DNA of 37,378 bases from Promethearchaeota archaeon (GTDB lineage: Archaea; Asgardarchaeota; Lokiarchaeia; Sigyniarchaeales; SOKP01): NCBI GenBank assembly GCA_019058015.1, contig JAHLWH010000130.1:1-37378 (forward strand), in the 5' to 3' direction. Each line of letters starts with the position of its first letter. Position 1 is the first letter of the stretch. The notes under the pieces are model-generated. The model saw nothing but the letters and a program-made list of their open reading frames with translations, did not search any database and was not told the origin of the DNA. Below, one piece after another: positions 1 through 9,305 of this stretch. The translations under genes were made by a program, and so were the position numbers.

Positions 1-1
1 A

Positions 2-1378
2 AATTACAGTTCCATCCGTAGATGAGTTTTTTGTAAAAAGCGGTTGACCAGTAGAGCCATTATATAAGGAAACTTCTGCGTTTGGAACGATCCTTCCATC
101 CACATCTAATGTTGTGAATTTTACTTCAGCTTGCTGTTTTTGTTCTTCGTTTATATTTACATTTAATTGATAATTTTTGTACAAATTATATATTTCTGAA
201 CTAGAAAGAGTATCTTCAAAATACCTAACCTCGTCGATTTGACCATCATATAAGATACCATTTCGACCTCCATTTTCAGTACTCGCTTCAGAACCATCCC
301 CTATAAAACCAAATCTTGTAGTTCCACTACCTAAATTAAGCCCTGCGTGTGGATTATTGCCAAAACCTTTGACATCCTCAGTACCGCTATCGGGATCTAT
401 ATAAATGTACTTATCATTTCCATCATAAACTATAGCAGCAAAATGCCAATCGTTATCATTTAGTCCTGTAGTAGTGCTATAAAAATCATCTATAGAACCA
501 GTACTAGGTCTAGTTGAGTATCCTATTGCTCCGTTGTCTCCCCTAACATAAAAGTTAAAATATTCAGATCTATCATAATCAAAAAAAGCCCAATTAGAAG
601 AATAGCTACTTCCTGTATAAGTTGTTTTAAACCAGCAACTGACCGTAAGTTTATCAATTTGACCGTTGGTATTGTAGAACAAATCATTAATATATAAGTA
701 ATCGCTAGTACCATCTAAATCGAGAGAATAACTTCCGATCTTTCCAGGAACATAACCAGGACTATTTACGAGGGTCGCGTTATAATTTCCCAACGAGTCG
801 ATAGCGTTAAAGCCAGAACCTTCTTCAAATTTAAACCAAATTAACCCGGCGGGATTTTCACTTAAGAGCGTACTTGCATAATTAGCATCATTGTTTCCAT
901 AATACATAAATGTGTCATAGTCTGTTGTGCTTGCCGAGCAGTTGACTTTAAACCAGATTTTTGCATTGCCAGCCACAGGAAAATCCTGTTTAATGTAATA
1001 TTCTCTCAATATATCATTTTCCACAATCCTTACATCTTTTAAGCTTGAATTCATTTTGTTAGCATTTACCAATTCACTATAATTAATTTCTATTGAAACC
1101 GTATGATTAACTAAATCTATGGAATTAGGATTTGTAATATTGATAAGCTTTCTGTATAGGAATGAACCATTCCACCAAGGGTCAAGGCTTACTTCGCTTA
1201 AATCTAGAGTTTCAAAAAGATCAAATGAATCAAATTTATTATCAATTTGTGAATCATCGTCTACAATCTCATTATTGATATTTTCATTGCGAATATTAAT
1301 AAAAAAATTATTTAAAGGCATGAGAAGCATTGAAACAAATAAAATCGCCATTAAGATCAGTGTTTTTTTATTTTTCAT
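2..1378 (-). CDS. Secreted/cell-surface protein: signal peptide + DUF2341-like domain + LamG/concanavalin A-like domain; runs off the window start
   Basis: Manual translation from ATG 1378: MKNKKTLILMAILFVSMLLMP (signal-like), WWNGSFLYRKLINITN...DVRIV...KIWFKV...FMYYGN (DUF2341-like), WFKFEEGSG...SLDLDGTSDY...TVSCWFK...WHFAAIVYDG...GQIDEVRYF (LamG-like). Open to the window edge, so absent from the ORF track. Confidence 0.85.
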   Translation of the reverse strand, partial: MKNKKTLILMAILFVSMLLMPLNNFFINIRNENINNEIVDDDSQIDNKFDSFDLFETLDLSEVSLDPWWNGSFLYRKLINITNPNSIDLVNHTVSIEINYSELVNANKMNSSLKDVRIVENDILREYYIKQDFPVAGNAKIWFKVNCSASTTDYDTFMYYGNNDANYASTLLSENPAGLIWFKFEEGSGFNAIDSLGNYNATLVNSPGYVPGKIGSYSLDLDGTSDYLYINDLFYNTNGQIDKLTVSCWFKTTYTGSSYSSNWAFFDYDRSEYFNFYVRGDNGAIGYSTRPSTGSIDDFYSTTTGLNDNDWHFAAIVYDGNDKYIYIDPDSGTEDVKGFGNNPHAGLNLGSGTTRFGFIGDGSEASTENGGRNGILYDGQIDEVRYFEDTLSSSEIYNLYKNYQLNVNINEEQKQQAEVKFTTLDVDGRIVPNAEVSLYNGSTGQPLFTKNSSTDGTVI

Positions 1379-1583
1379 TTTATATCATTGTATTTTGTTA
1401 TTAGATTTTTTAAAAGATATGTAACACATTAATACAAATTTGAGTTTTTAAAATTTTTTTAAGTTAACATTATCGTAGTATTATAATATTTTCAAAAATG
1501 AGGAAAATTTGATTTGTGTTTACCTAAATCCGACAAAAAAAAAGATGATTTTTTCTTATAATTAAACAATTTCTTTACATTAT

Positions 1584-2213
1584 TCAAGTTATTTTTTTAA
1601 GAAATAAAAAAATTTTTCTCTTTTTAGGGCTTTTGATATTATCTATAATGAAGTTTCCCTCGAAAAAATCTTTTTTTTTAAAGGCGGAACCGATTTTTTC
1701 CATTATAATTTTAGTTTTAGGATAAAATTGAAAAATTATTTTTCCATTAGGTTTTAAAATTCGATGAAATGAATTGATTAAATTATTCAAATTATTTTCC
1801 ATATTAATGTTATTTAAATCTGAATATATCCATTGAAGGGCGGAGATTGATATTATTGCTCTAAAAGTTTCATTTCTAAAAGGAGTTAAACATATATCAG
1901 CAAGAATAGGATTCATTTCAGGAAGTTGATAAAAATTGAGTAGGTGTTTAATAATATCTATAGAAATAACTTTGAATCCTAACTCTCTTAGTACTATTGA
2001 AGAGAAACCACAACCACTCCCCGCATCAAGGACTAATTCTTTTGGTTGAATTTTAATAATTTCTAATGCCCGTAAAGTAATTTTTTCTTGTATTTTCATC
2101 ATGCTTTTGGATGTACTATATTTAATTACTTGGTCATCTTTAAAGTATTCAAAAACATTTTGATAAATTTCTTCGGGTCTCTTTTCCTTAATATTAAAAT
2201 TATAATCGGTCAC
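1584..2213 (-). CDS. Class I SAM methyltransferase, Bud23/WBSCR22-like (putative SSU rRNA m7G methyltransferase)
   Basis: Motifs RPEE, KYSTS..MKIQEKITLRALE, LDAGSGCGFS, PFR.ETF.AIISISALQW, FQFYPK and D..KSPKKRKIFL are colinear with yeast Bud23 motifs as recalled (RPEE, KYT.S...IQAKMTLRALE, ISISAIQW, QFYPK). Confidence 0.8.
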   Translation of the reverse strand: MTDYNFNIKEKRPEEIYQNVFEYFKDDQVIKYSTSKSMMKIQEKITLRALEIIKIQPKELVLDAGSGCGFSSIVLRELGFKVISIDIIKHLLNFYQLPEMNPILADICLTPFRNETFRAIISISALQWIYSDLNNINMENNLNNLINSFHRILKPNGKIIFQFYPKTKIIMEKIGSAFKKKDFFEGNFIIDNIKSPKKRKIFLFLKKIT

Positions 2214-2353
2214 AATTCATAACTTCAAATAAAAAGTCCTTGTCAACAAATATAAAAAGGATAAATTTTATATTTTTTCAATCTCTACATTTCTTAATAT
2301 AATTATTCTTAAATTGCATATAAGGGCATTTAATATCAATAAAGGTGCAACAG

Positions 2354-2650
2354 GTGTCTGAAAAAGAAGAAAAATTAAGTGTAGTCAAAAAAACAATTAA
2401 ACTTGGAAGAAAATATGGAAGAGTAAAACAAGTAAGTATAACAAAAAGAGATGTTTTTATTCCTGCTGGTTTAGAAAAACAAATAAAGGAAGAGATTTTA
2501 AAACTGAAAACGATTACTCCAACAACATTATCAATGAAGTATGAGATTAGAGTTTCAACTGCGAAAAAATTACTAGAAAAATACAAGGAGGAAGGACTTT
2601 TAATTTTAAAGAAGTCAACCCCTAAGTTTAAAGTATATATTCCTGCTTGA
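2354..2650 (+). CDS. rps25e: 30S ribosomal protein eS25
   Basis: Small basic winged-helix protein, ...IKEEILKLKTITPTTLSMKYEIRVSTAKKLL...GLL...KVY. GTG 2354 preferred over GTG 2345 because AGGTG lies 6 nt upstream. Confidence 0.85.
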   Translation: MSEKEEKLSVVKKTIKLGRKYGRVKQVSITKRDVFIPAGLEKQIKEEILKLKTITPTTLSMKYEIRVSTAKKLLEKYKEEGLLILKKSTPKFKVYIPA

Positions 2651-2700
2651 ATTTAAAGATTTTTTATTGTCCATCTTTCCAGCAATATTATAAAATTGGA

Positions 2701-3594
2701 CTATTCTTCTTTCTTATCTTCTTTAATAATTCTGAGTAAATTAATAAGGAGATTTTTTTCTTTAGATAATTCCATTTCTAAAAATTCTTTTATCTCTTCA
2801 GTCAATATTATTGCGTTTTTTGTATCATATTTAAAAAAATAAAAGATATCTTTATCAGAGAATTTTCTCTTTGAAATTTTTTTCTTAATTTGTTTTGTTT
2901 TATTGGGATCATTTAATATTAAGATATGGTCTTTTCCAACTTTTAAGGCTGATATTAACGCAAGCCAATGATAAGATGAATTAATTGCAATACAATGATT
3001 GGGAGCTTTCTCAATATGATTTTTAATAGCTTGATATTTTAAGGTAAATCTCTCACCATTTATGTCTTTCAAATCATCATTTGTAAAATAAAAAAATCCA
3101 CTCAAATCACTTAATTCTTGAGAGAGATACTTTCCACCAAATAAACTAAAGAGAATCCTTAATTCATAATCATGTTTTATTGAATAGAGGTGATTCCTAA
3201 TAATGAAAGGATTTTCTAAACCAGTTTTAAAATAAGAATCTAATGATTTTTTTCTCAGTTCGCGATTTACAATAAAATCCGTGTCTTTCTTTTTTTTAAG
3301 TTCAGATTTAATAAGTATTTTAGAATTTTCAAGTAATTCGGGGATTTCTTTTGATAAATGATCACTTAATTTATTATTTGCGAGTGATTTTAGAAGAAAA
3401 TATTCAAGTACATACGACCATCGAAATTCTTTTTTGTTATCTTTGATATCTAATACCAGAAATTTCATTTTTTGGAAAAATCCTTCTAAAAAATTTTTTA
3501 TAGTAGTATTTTTTTCTGGATTAATCAACATTAGAAAGGTGGATAATCCACAACTATTAGGTAATTGAGAATAAAGGGGTAAATTATATGACAG
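2701..3594 (-). CDS. Putative papain-fold (C39-like) cysteine peptidase, probable CTG start
   Basis: Frame is open upstream of the listed ATG 3531 and adds LSYNLPLYSQLPNSCGLSTFL (Q-x4-CG). HWLAL and ILNDP downstream complete a Cys-His-Asp pattern. GAGGT lies 7 nt before CTG 3594. Confidence 0.6.
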   Translation of the reverse strand: MSYNLPLYSQLPNSCGLSTFLMLINPEKNTTIKNFLEGFFQKMKFLVLDIKDNKKEFRWSYVLEYFLLKSLANNKLSDHLSKEIPELLENSKILIKSELKKKKDTDFIVNRELRKKSLDSYFKTGLENPFIIRNHLYSIKHDYELRILFSLFGGKYLSQELSDLSGFFYFTNDDLKDINGERFTLKYQAIKNHIEKAPNHCIAINSSYHWLALISALKVGKDHILILNDPNKTKQIKKKISKRKFSDKDIFYFFKYDTKNAIILTEEIKEFLEMELSKEKNLLINLLRIIKEDKKEE

Positions 3595-3802
3595 GATTAA
3601 TACCTCGAGTTTTCAATATTAAAAATTCAAAAAATGTTTAATTAATATTTTATAAAATGATATATATTTCGAATTTGAAAATCTTTATAGCAAAATGAAG
3701 AAATTTCCAATATTTGAATGTGAGTAAAAAAAAATAAGAAAAACTTCCTATATTTAATTATAGAAAATAAATTAAAAAATTTAATTAAGTAATATAGCAC
3801 AA

Positions 3803-3902
3803 GCAGAAGTAGTCTAGTGGTAAGGCGCCGGCCTCGAGATTCTTGAAATCGGGAAAGCCGGTGTGTGTTTCACACGCGGGGGTTCAATTCCCTCCTTCTG
3901 CG
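3803..3902 (+). tRNA. tRNA-Ser(CGA) with a 17-nt intron at 37/38 (3839-3855)
   Basis: Acceptor GCAGAAG/CTTCTGC with G73; D arm GTCT/AGGC; anticodon stem CCGGC/GCCGG with loop CT-CGA-G^A; long variable arm GTGTG/CACAC; T arm GGGGG-TTCAATT-CCCTC; BHB-like helix CTCG/CGGG with AGA and AAA bulges. No encoded CCA. Confidence 0.93.
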
Positions 3903-3942
3903 CATTTTGTGATCATATTTTAGAGACAAGAATTTGATTATC

Positions 3943-5055
3943 ATGAAAGAGAGAAAAAAAATCTTAGTTGTAGGAGAATGCCATATTGACTTGTATTATA
4001 AAACAAAATTTTTTAACCAACTTATTGAAAGAATTTCAGATAAAATCTTTAGTCTTTATGAAATTAATAAAATTAAATCGAAAAATTTTTTGAAAGAAAG
4101 GATTTTAGAGACGATTTTGGATTCATACAAAAAAAATGAAGGAATTTCATTTTTAAATCGTGGAGGAAACGGGAATAATTCTGCAGAATTAATGGTAAAA
4201 TTAGGATTACCAATAAAATTACTGACAATTATTGGAAAAGACGCGAGTTGGATATTAGACGAATTGGGAAATATGGGAATTGACATAGAAAATGTATATC
4301 AAATTGATAAACCAACCCCAATTAGTACAATTATTGAGGACTCTTCGATTACAAAAATATTAGTTGCTCCAAATTTAAAACGGGAAATGAATTTTGATAA
4401 AATTGAATTAAACGAGAGGGTTCTAACTGGAAATAAGATTATTTTCTTTACACCTATTGCAAAAAAATTTAAAAAGCCCATTCAATTGTCAAAAAATAAA
4501 AATATTATATCCATCTTCACGATAGAATTACAACAAGTAAAATCAATTGAAGAATTACGAGAAATATTAAATTATAAAATGGATATTATGTTTTCTAATC
4601 TTAGGGATTTGGCGGAAATATTAGGAAAATCATTAATAAACGTTGAAGATGAAATTGCAATGGAGAATTTAATTGATGGCATTGATGAAATAATGAAACA
4701 ATTTTCCCATATAAGGATTTATACACATGGAAGAAAAGGTTCCTTTATTAGGAGCGAGCATGATATTAAAATTAAAATCCCAATTATGCCAGTTAAAGTT
4801 TTAGACCAAACTGGTGCTGGAGATACCTATTCTGCTGGATTTATTTCAAAACTAGATAATCTTGTTGAAGATTTAAATCATCTTAAATCACTTTATCAGC
4901 CAGAAAATCGTAAAGAATTATTTGAAGTACTAGAAAATTGCGGAAAATTTGGTACATATACAGCTGCATTTAAAATCTCAAAAGGAGAGAGCCCAAATGA
5001 AAAAGAATTAGATGAATTTTTGAAGAGAAAACTAGATAATAGAGAATTTAAGTAA
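3943..5055 (+). CDS. PfkB/ribokinase-family carbohydrate kinase
   Basis: VVGECHID, GGNGNN, THGRKGS and DQTGAGDTYSAGF signature. ATG 3943 (TTG 3934 alternative). Confidence 0.88.
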   Translation: MKERKKILVVGECHIDLYYKTKFFNQLIERISDKIFSLYEINKIKSKNFLKERILETILDSYKKNEGISFLNRGGNGNNSAELMVKLGLPIKLLTIIGKDASWILDELGNMGIDIENVYQIDKPTPISTIIEDSSITKILVAPNLKREMNFDKIELNERVLTGNKIIFFTPIAKKFKKPIQLSKNKNIISIFTIELQQVKSIEELREILNYKMDIMFSNLRDLAEILGKSLINVEDEIAMENLIDGIDEIMKQFSHIRIYTHGRKGSFIRSEHDIKIKIPIMPVKVLDQTGAGDTYSAGFISKLDNLVEDLNHLKSLYQPENRKELFEVLENCGKFGTYTAAFKISKGESPNEKELDEFLKRKLDNREFK

Positions 5056-5980
5056 GGATTTGTGAAATAATTACTTCCATTTTATCTTTCTCGGCTTCAA
5101 TGGCATCTAAAGCGCTAACCGTTTTTTCTAAATTTTCTTTTTCTTCTTCAATTATAATTAATAAATAAAAATCGAAATTACTTAAATTTAAAACTTCAAT
5201 AACACCGGAAAAACGTTTTCCATTTGAAAGTTTATCAGAAAATTCATATTTATCTTTATTTTCCATTTTTACTTTTTTTAATACTTCCAAGTACAGATTA
5301 TAAATTTTCAATTTATCAATCAATCTTAATGCCGAATAATATTCTCCAACTGTGATTCCTGTAGAATCGATTAAAGAAATGAAAAGAATATTGTATCTTT
5401 TAGAAATATCTTCGAAGTAGCTATAAAGCATCTCTATGTTTTCGAAGAGAAACGATAAACCCGTTGAAAAAGCATCCATAATACTCTTAATATCATAAAT
5501 TGAAGTTTCAAAAAAATAGATCTGAAATTCTTTATATTTTAATAAATTTTGCTTTAATACCAATGCTCTTTTATTTAACTCTCGATTTTCTTTTATTTCA
5601 GGATCGAATTTATGTAAAAGAACCATGATCGGAATATTCTCCCGTTGTTCCTTAAAGTATTCCATAACTCTATCAAAATAATCCAGTGACTCCCCATAGC
5701 GCTCAGGGTCTTGGCAATCAATCAAATAAAATAAAAGATCTGTATTTGAAAGATAACGGTGAGGGTATTTTAAATAATCATCTCTATATTGTACCTGACC
5801 TCCAAAATCGTGGCTAATAATTTCTAAATTTAAGAATTGAAATTCCTCTCGTTCAATCAATCTTGTAGGTTTTAATTCTTTTATTTTTTCTATATAACCA
5901 AATTTTTCTTTGATTGCAGTAATTATGCTTGTCTTTCCCGCAAAATCTAAACCTAAAAATTTAATGGATTTCTTTGGCAT
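5048..5980 (-). CDS. Rag/Gtr1-like small GTPase with C-terminal roadblock/longin-like domain
   Basis: G1 GLDFAGKTS, G2 PT, G3 DFGGQ, G4 HKFD, G5 ETSIYD. The ~130-aa C-terminal alpha/beta domain begins ISLIDSTGITVGEY. Confidence 0.8.
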   Translation of the reverse strand: MPKKSIKFLGLDFAGKTSIITAIKEKFGYIEKIKELKPTRLIEREEFQFLNLEIISHDFGGQVQYRDDYLKYPHRYLSNTDLLFYLIDCQDPERYGESLDYFDRVMEYFKEQRENIPIMVLLHKFDPEIKENRELNKRALVLKQNLLKYKEFQIYFFETSIYDIKSIMDAFSTGLSFLFENIEMLYSYFEDISKRYNILFISLIDSTGITVGEYYSALRLIDKLKIYNLYLEVLKKVKMENKDKYEFSDKLSNGKRFSGVIEVLNLSNFDFYLLIIIEEEKENLEKTVSALDAIEAEKDKMEVIISQILT

Positions 5981-6079
5981 TATAATCAGAAGATGATCTT
6001 AGTATAATTCAAAATTTTCACTTTACTGTTGTAAAATATATAAAATGATAGTATATATAAAATTTCTCATGATTTAGAT

Positions 6080-6361
6080 TTAACCTCCCGAAACTGGAAG
6101 AGATAGATAAACTTTATCATTATCACTTAATTTGGTTTTTTTTCCTTTCAAGAATCGTATATTTCTACCATTTAGAAGGATTATTATTAGGTCGTTCACA
6201 AAATTTTGTTTTGTATTTAAAAAATCGGTTCCAATTTTATCTTTATATTCAGCTACAAATTTTGAAATGAGTTGTTTGATATTATTAGCTTCATATTCTA
6301 AAATGTTCTTTTTAACTCTTAGATAAAAGATATTTAGTAAGTATAGTTGTACTTTAGCCAT
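6080..6361 (-). CDS. Ubiquitin-like sulfur carrier (MoaD/ThiS/SAMP family)
   Basis: 93 aa; IILLNGRNI...TKLSDNDKV...PVSGG with C-terminal diglycine. Confidence 0.9.
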   Translation of the reverse strand: MAKVQLYLLNIFYLRVKKNILEYEANNIKQLISKFVAEYKDKIGTDFLNTKQNFVNDLIIILLNGRNIRFLKGKKTKLSDNDKVYLSLPVSGG

Positions 6362-6432
6362 AATCTTATAAAAAGAATTCTTAAAACTTTTTAAACCTAA
6401 ATATTATAAAAAATAACACAATTTAAATTTCC

Positions 6433-7656
6433 CTATGAATAGATATTGAGGTTTTTGACTTCAAATAATTCTTTTTTGATATACTTTTCTAAATTCATCG
6501 ATTTATATAAATCATAAACTGATTCATAGTCAAACTCCTGATTGTTAGGGCAATATGGACAATTCTTTTTTGCTTTCAGATTAGGAGAGATTTTATTTAA
6601 CATATCAATAATTTCTTTTATTTCTAAACCGATACAAGATGTGAAAACTGGTAAATCTAAAAATTTATTACTGTACGCCAGGATATCTAAATCTACAGCA
6701 TTAGGGCAACAATCGATGTCAGTTAAATTGATACCAGTAGTTAATCCTCGAATTTTAATTTTGTCTTTAAATTGACTAGATTTTAAAAGATTTGATATAA
6801 TTTTTAATCGAATTAGATTACAAAGAGCGCACATATACTTTTTTTCACTGATTTCGTTATGAATTTTTTTTAAAATAGGATTAAAATTAATTATATTAAG
6901 TTCCAAATTTTTATCATTATAGTATGTCCCAATATTCTTCCAATTTTTCAAAATTCCATCTAGATTTTTCTTATTTTTGAATAAATTAAAAATAATCGGA
7001 TGTATATTGCAACCACGTTTCATTAATAAGAATGCCGCAAGAGAATCAGTTGGTCGTCCAATATCCATATTAATAATATGTTTACCAGGTTCAATTGGAA
7101 GACCTCCCCAATCAGTTTTTATAATTCTTGTGAAGATGTAAGTAAAATTATCTCGAACTTCGATAAATATTTTCTTTTTAGGACTTGATAAATTAACATT
7201 TAGATTCAAATCTTTAAAACAACTTAAAACTGCATCGCCACACTGTTCTGCAACATCTTGTGATGTAAATGGATGTTTACCTGACCTCCTTGCTCTTATA
7301 GCAAAAGAATCATTCTGATCTAAAATATCGTTCCCTATTTCAAGAGTTCTATTGATAATATTTTTTAATATACTTGAGGTTCTTATTGCAGGACTTATGG
7401 AATGAATTCCAAAGACTTTCTCTTTTAAAACTCCAATAGCCTTATATATATCTTCATTTTTTAAGAAAAACAGTATTCTTGCAAAATCTTGAGTGTATTG
7501 ATATTTATGAAAAGAGATATTATTTTTTTTCAAAGAAAATATGATATTTTTTGTTAGAGTTTTTATCATTCGGCTTTTTATTTTCTTAGATTTAAGCCAA
7601 ATTTCACCATATCGTATGAGGATTAAATTAAGAAGATTTGAGTTTATATTTTGCAT
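6433..7656 (-). CDS. thiI: ThiI-like tRNA sulfurtransferase (THUMP domain) with divergent PP-loop
   Basis: LIRYGEIWLKS, VFGI.S.SP, SFAIRARRSGKHPFTS, VNLSSP, GGLPI and LLMKRG. The SGGxDS loop reads DIGRPTDS. Cys motifs CALC, CC and CPYC. Confidence 0.75.
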   Translation of the reverse strand: MQNINSNLLNLILIRYGEIWLKSKKIKSRMIKTLTKNIIFSLKKNNISFHKYQYTQDFARILFFLKNEDIYKAIGVLKEKVFGIHSISPAIRTSSILKNIINRTLEIGNDILDQNDSFAIRARRSGKHPFTSQDVAEQCGDAVLSCFKDLNLNVNLSSPKKKIFIEVRDNFTYIFTRIIKTDWGGLPIEPGKHIINMDIGRPTDSLAAFLLMKRGCNIHPIIFNLFKNKKNLDGILKNWKNIGTYYNDKNLELNIINFNPILKKIHNEISEKKYMCALCNLIRLKIISNLLKSSQFKDKIKIRGLTTGINLTDIDCCPNAVDLDILAYSNKFLDLPVFTSCIGLEIKEIIDMLNKISPNLKAKKNCPYCPNNQEFDYESVYDLYKSMNLEKYIKKELFEVKNLNIYS

Positions 7657-7718
7657 TTTAATAACTTAATAATTTTAATATATTAATAATTTTATAGTTA
7701 ATTTGTTTTTAAATAAAT

Positions 7719-9305
7719 ATGAAAACAACTTCTATTAAAGTTGCAAATCCAACAATTTCAGAGGGCGTAAAAAAAAGAATAGTGATAATTTCAGATACAC
7801 ATATAACTCAAAGTGAATCAGATTTTAATCTAAATGCTTATAAAAAGGGAATTGAACAAATAAATAAACTCAAAAATGTTGATTATATTATACATCTTGG
7901 AGATCTCACTCAAAATGGCACTCTACTTGAATTCGAATATGCAAAGACTTTAATGAGCGGAATAAAGCAAAAAGTGCCAACATATTATGTTATTGGAAAT
8001 CATGATGCCTTAAATGTAGGATATTTGCTTTTTGAAGAAATGATTGGAGAACGGCATTTTGAAATTGAAGATGAAAGTTTTTTCTTATTAGCGCTAGATT
8101 CAACTATACCTGACTTAGCTACTGGTAAGATTAATTACCGAACAATGATGAGGGTAAAAAATTTATTACTTGATCAACCAAATAAAATGAAAGTGGTTTG
8201 TTTTCATCATCAATTAATACCAATCCCGCATACAGGGAAGGAAAGGTCTGCAATCCTTGATTCTGGTGATATGCTTCAAGTACTTAAAGAGTGCGGGGTT
8301 CATTTAGTTTTAAATGGGCATAGACATATATCCAATCTTTATACTATAAATTTTGGAAAACAAGATCTGCTAGCCTTTAATTCTGGCACATTTTCCTCTA
8401 ATAAAACGAGATATAGGGAAAATTTTACTTATAATATAATAGAGATAAATAATGATATTTTTAGATTTAATATTATTCCAATCCTACAGCAAGAAAAATT
8501 TAAAAAAGAAATTTTTAGAAAAGTATCTACTTATTCCTTTAGAAAGAAAAAAAAAAATGAAAAACCTTTTTGTAAAATAATACATTTTTTTGATTCTTCT
8601 TTTTCTCCAGACGATAAAAAAACAGAACAAACCTTTGATAAATTAATTCAAAAAATCAACAATCAAAATGATATTTCAATTGTTTTACACTCTGGAAATC
8701 TCACTAAAAATAGTCACAAAGAAGAATATGAATTTGCAAGAGAAAGATTAAAGGAAATAGCATATCCTTACATTGTAGTTCCCGGAATAAATGATGTTAA
8801 ACCAAATGGTTATCAATTATGGCTTTAAAATATTGGTGATTTAGATTCTACTTATGAGGATAATAGATTAGTTGTTTTGGCATTGGATACAACTACATTT
8901 AATTCAAAACTTGGTCGAATTGGACGCCGTAGAATAAAAGAAATTTCAGAACAGACTATGCAAAAATCAAGAGAGAAAGTAATTTGTGTTTTATGTCATC
9001 ATGAGATAATTCCTACACCCATGAGTGTTTGGAAAACAGAGTTAATCGATGCAGGAGATGTATTATCAAGATTTTCTTTATCACAGATTGCTTTAATTCT
9101 AGCCAGCTCATCTGGTTTGTCATTAAATACAAAAATTGATAATTCAATATTTTCTAGCGTATCCAGTTTGAAAAAGGATTATTTCAACGAAGTATTTGTA
9201 GAAATAAACATATTTAAAGATGGCTTAGTAGAATTATATGAGCATGATTTAACGGAAAATAAAATTACAAATATTGGGAGATATTCAATTAATCTATTTA
9301 CTTAG
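7719..9305 (+). pseudogene. Tandem two-domain calcineurin-like metallophosphoesterase interrupted by one in-frame TAA (8826-8828)
   Basis: Domain 1 has DTH, GD, GNHD, HH and GHRH. ORFs 7719-8828 and 8877-9305 share a frame. GYQLWL*NIGDLDSTYEDNRLVVLALDTT aligns with domain 1 GYLLFEEMIGERHFEIEDESFFLLALDST. Confidence 0.7.

Noticed and set aside
523-1424. ORFs 523-714 and 1119-1424
   Set aside because: They overlap the long LamG-containing frame and show no recognisable motifs.
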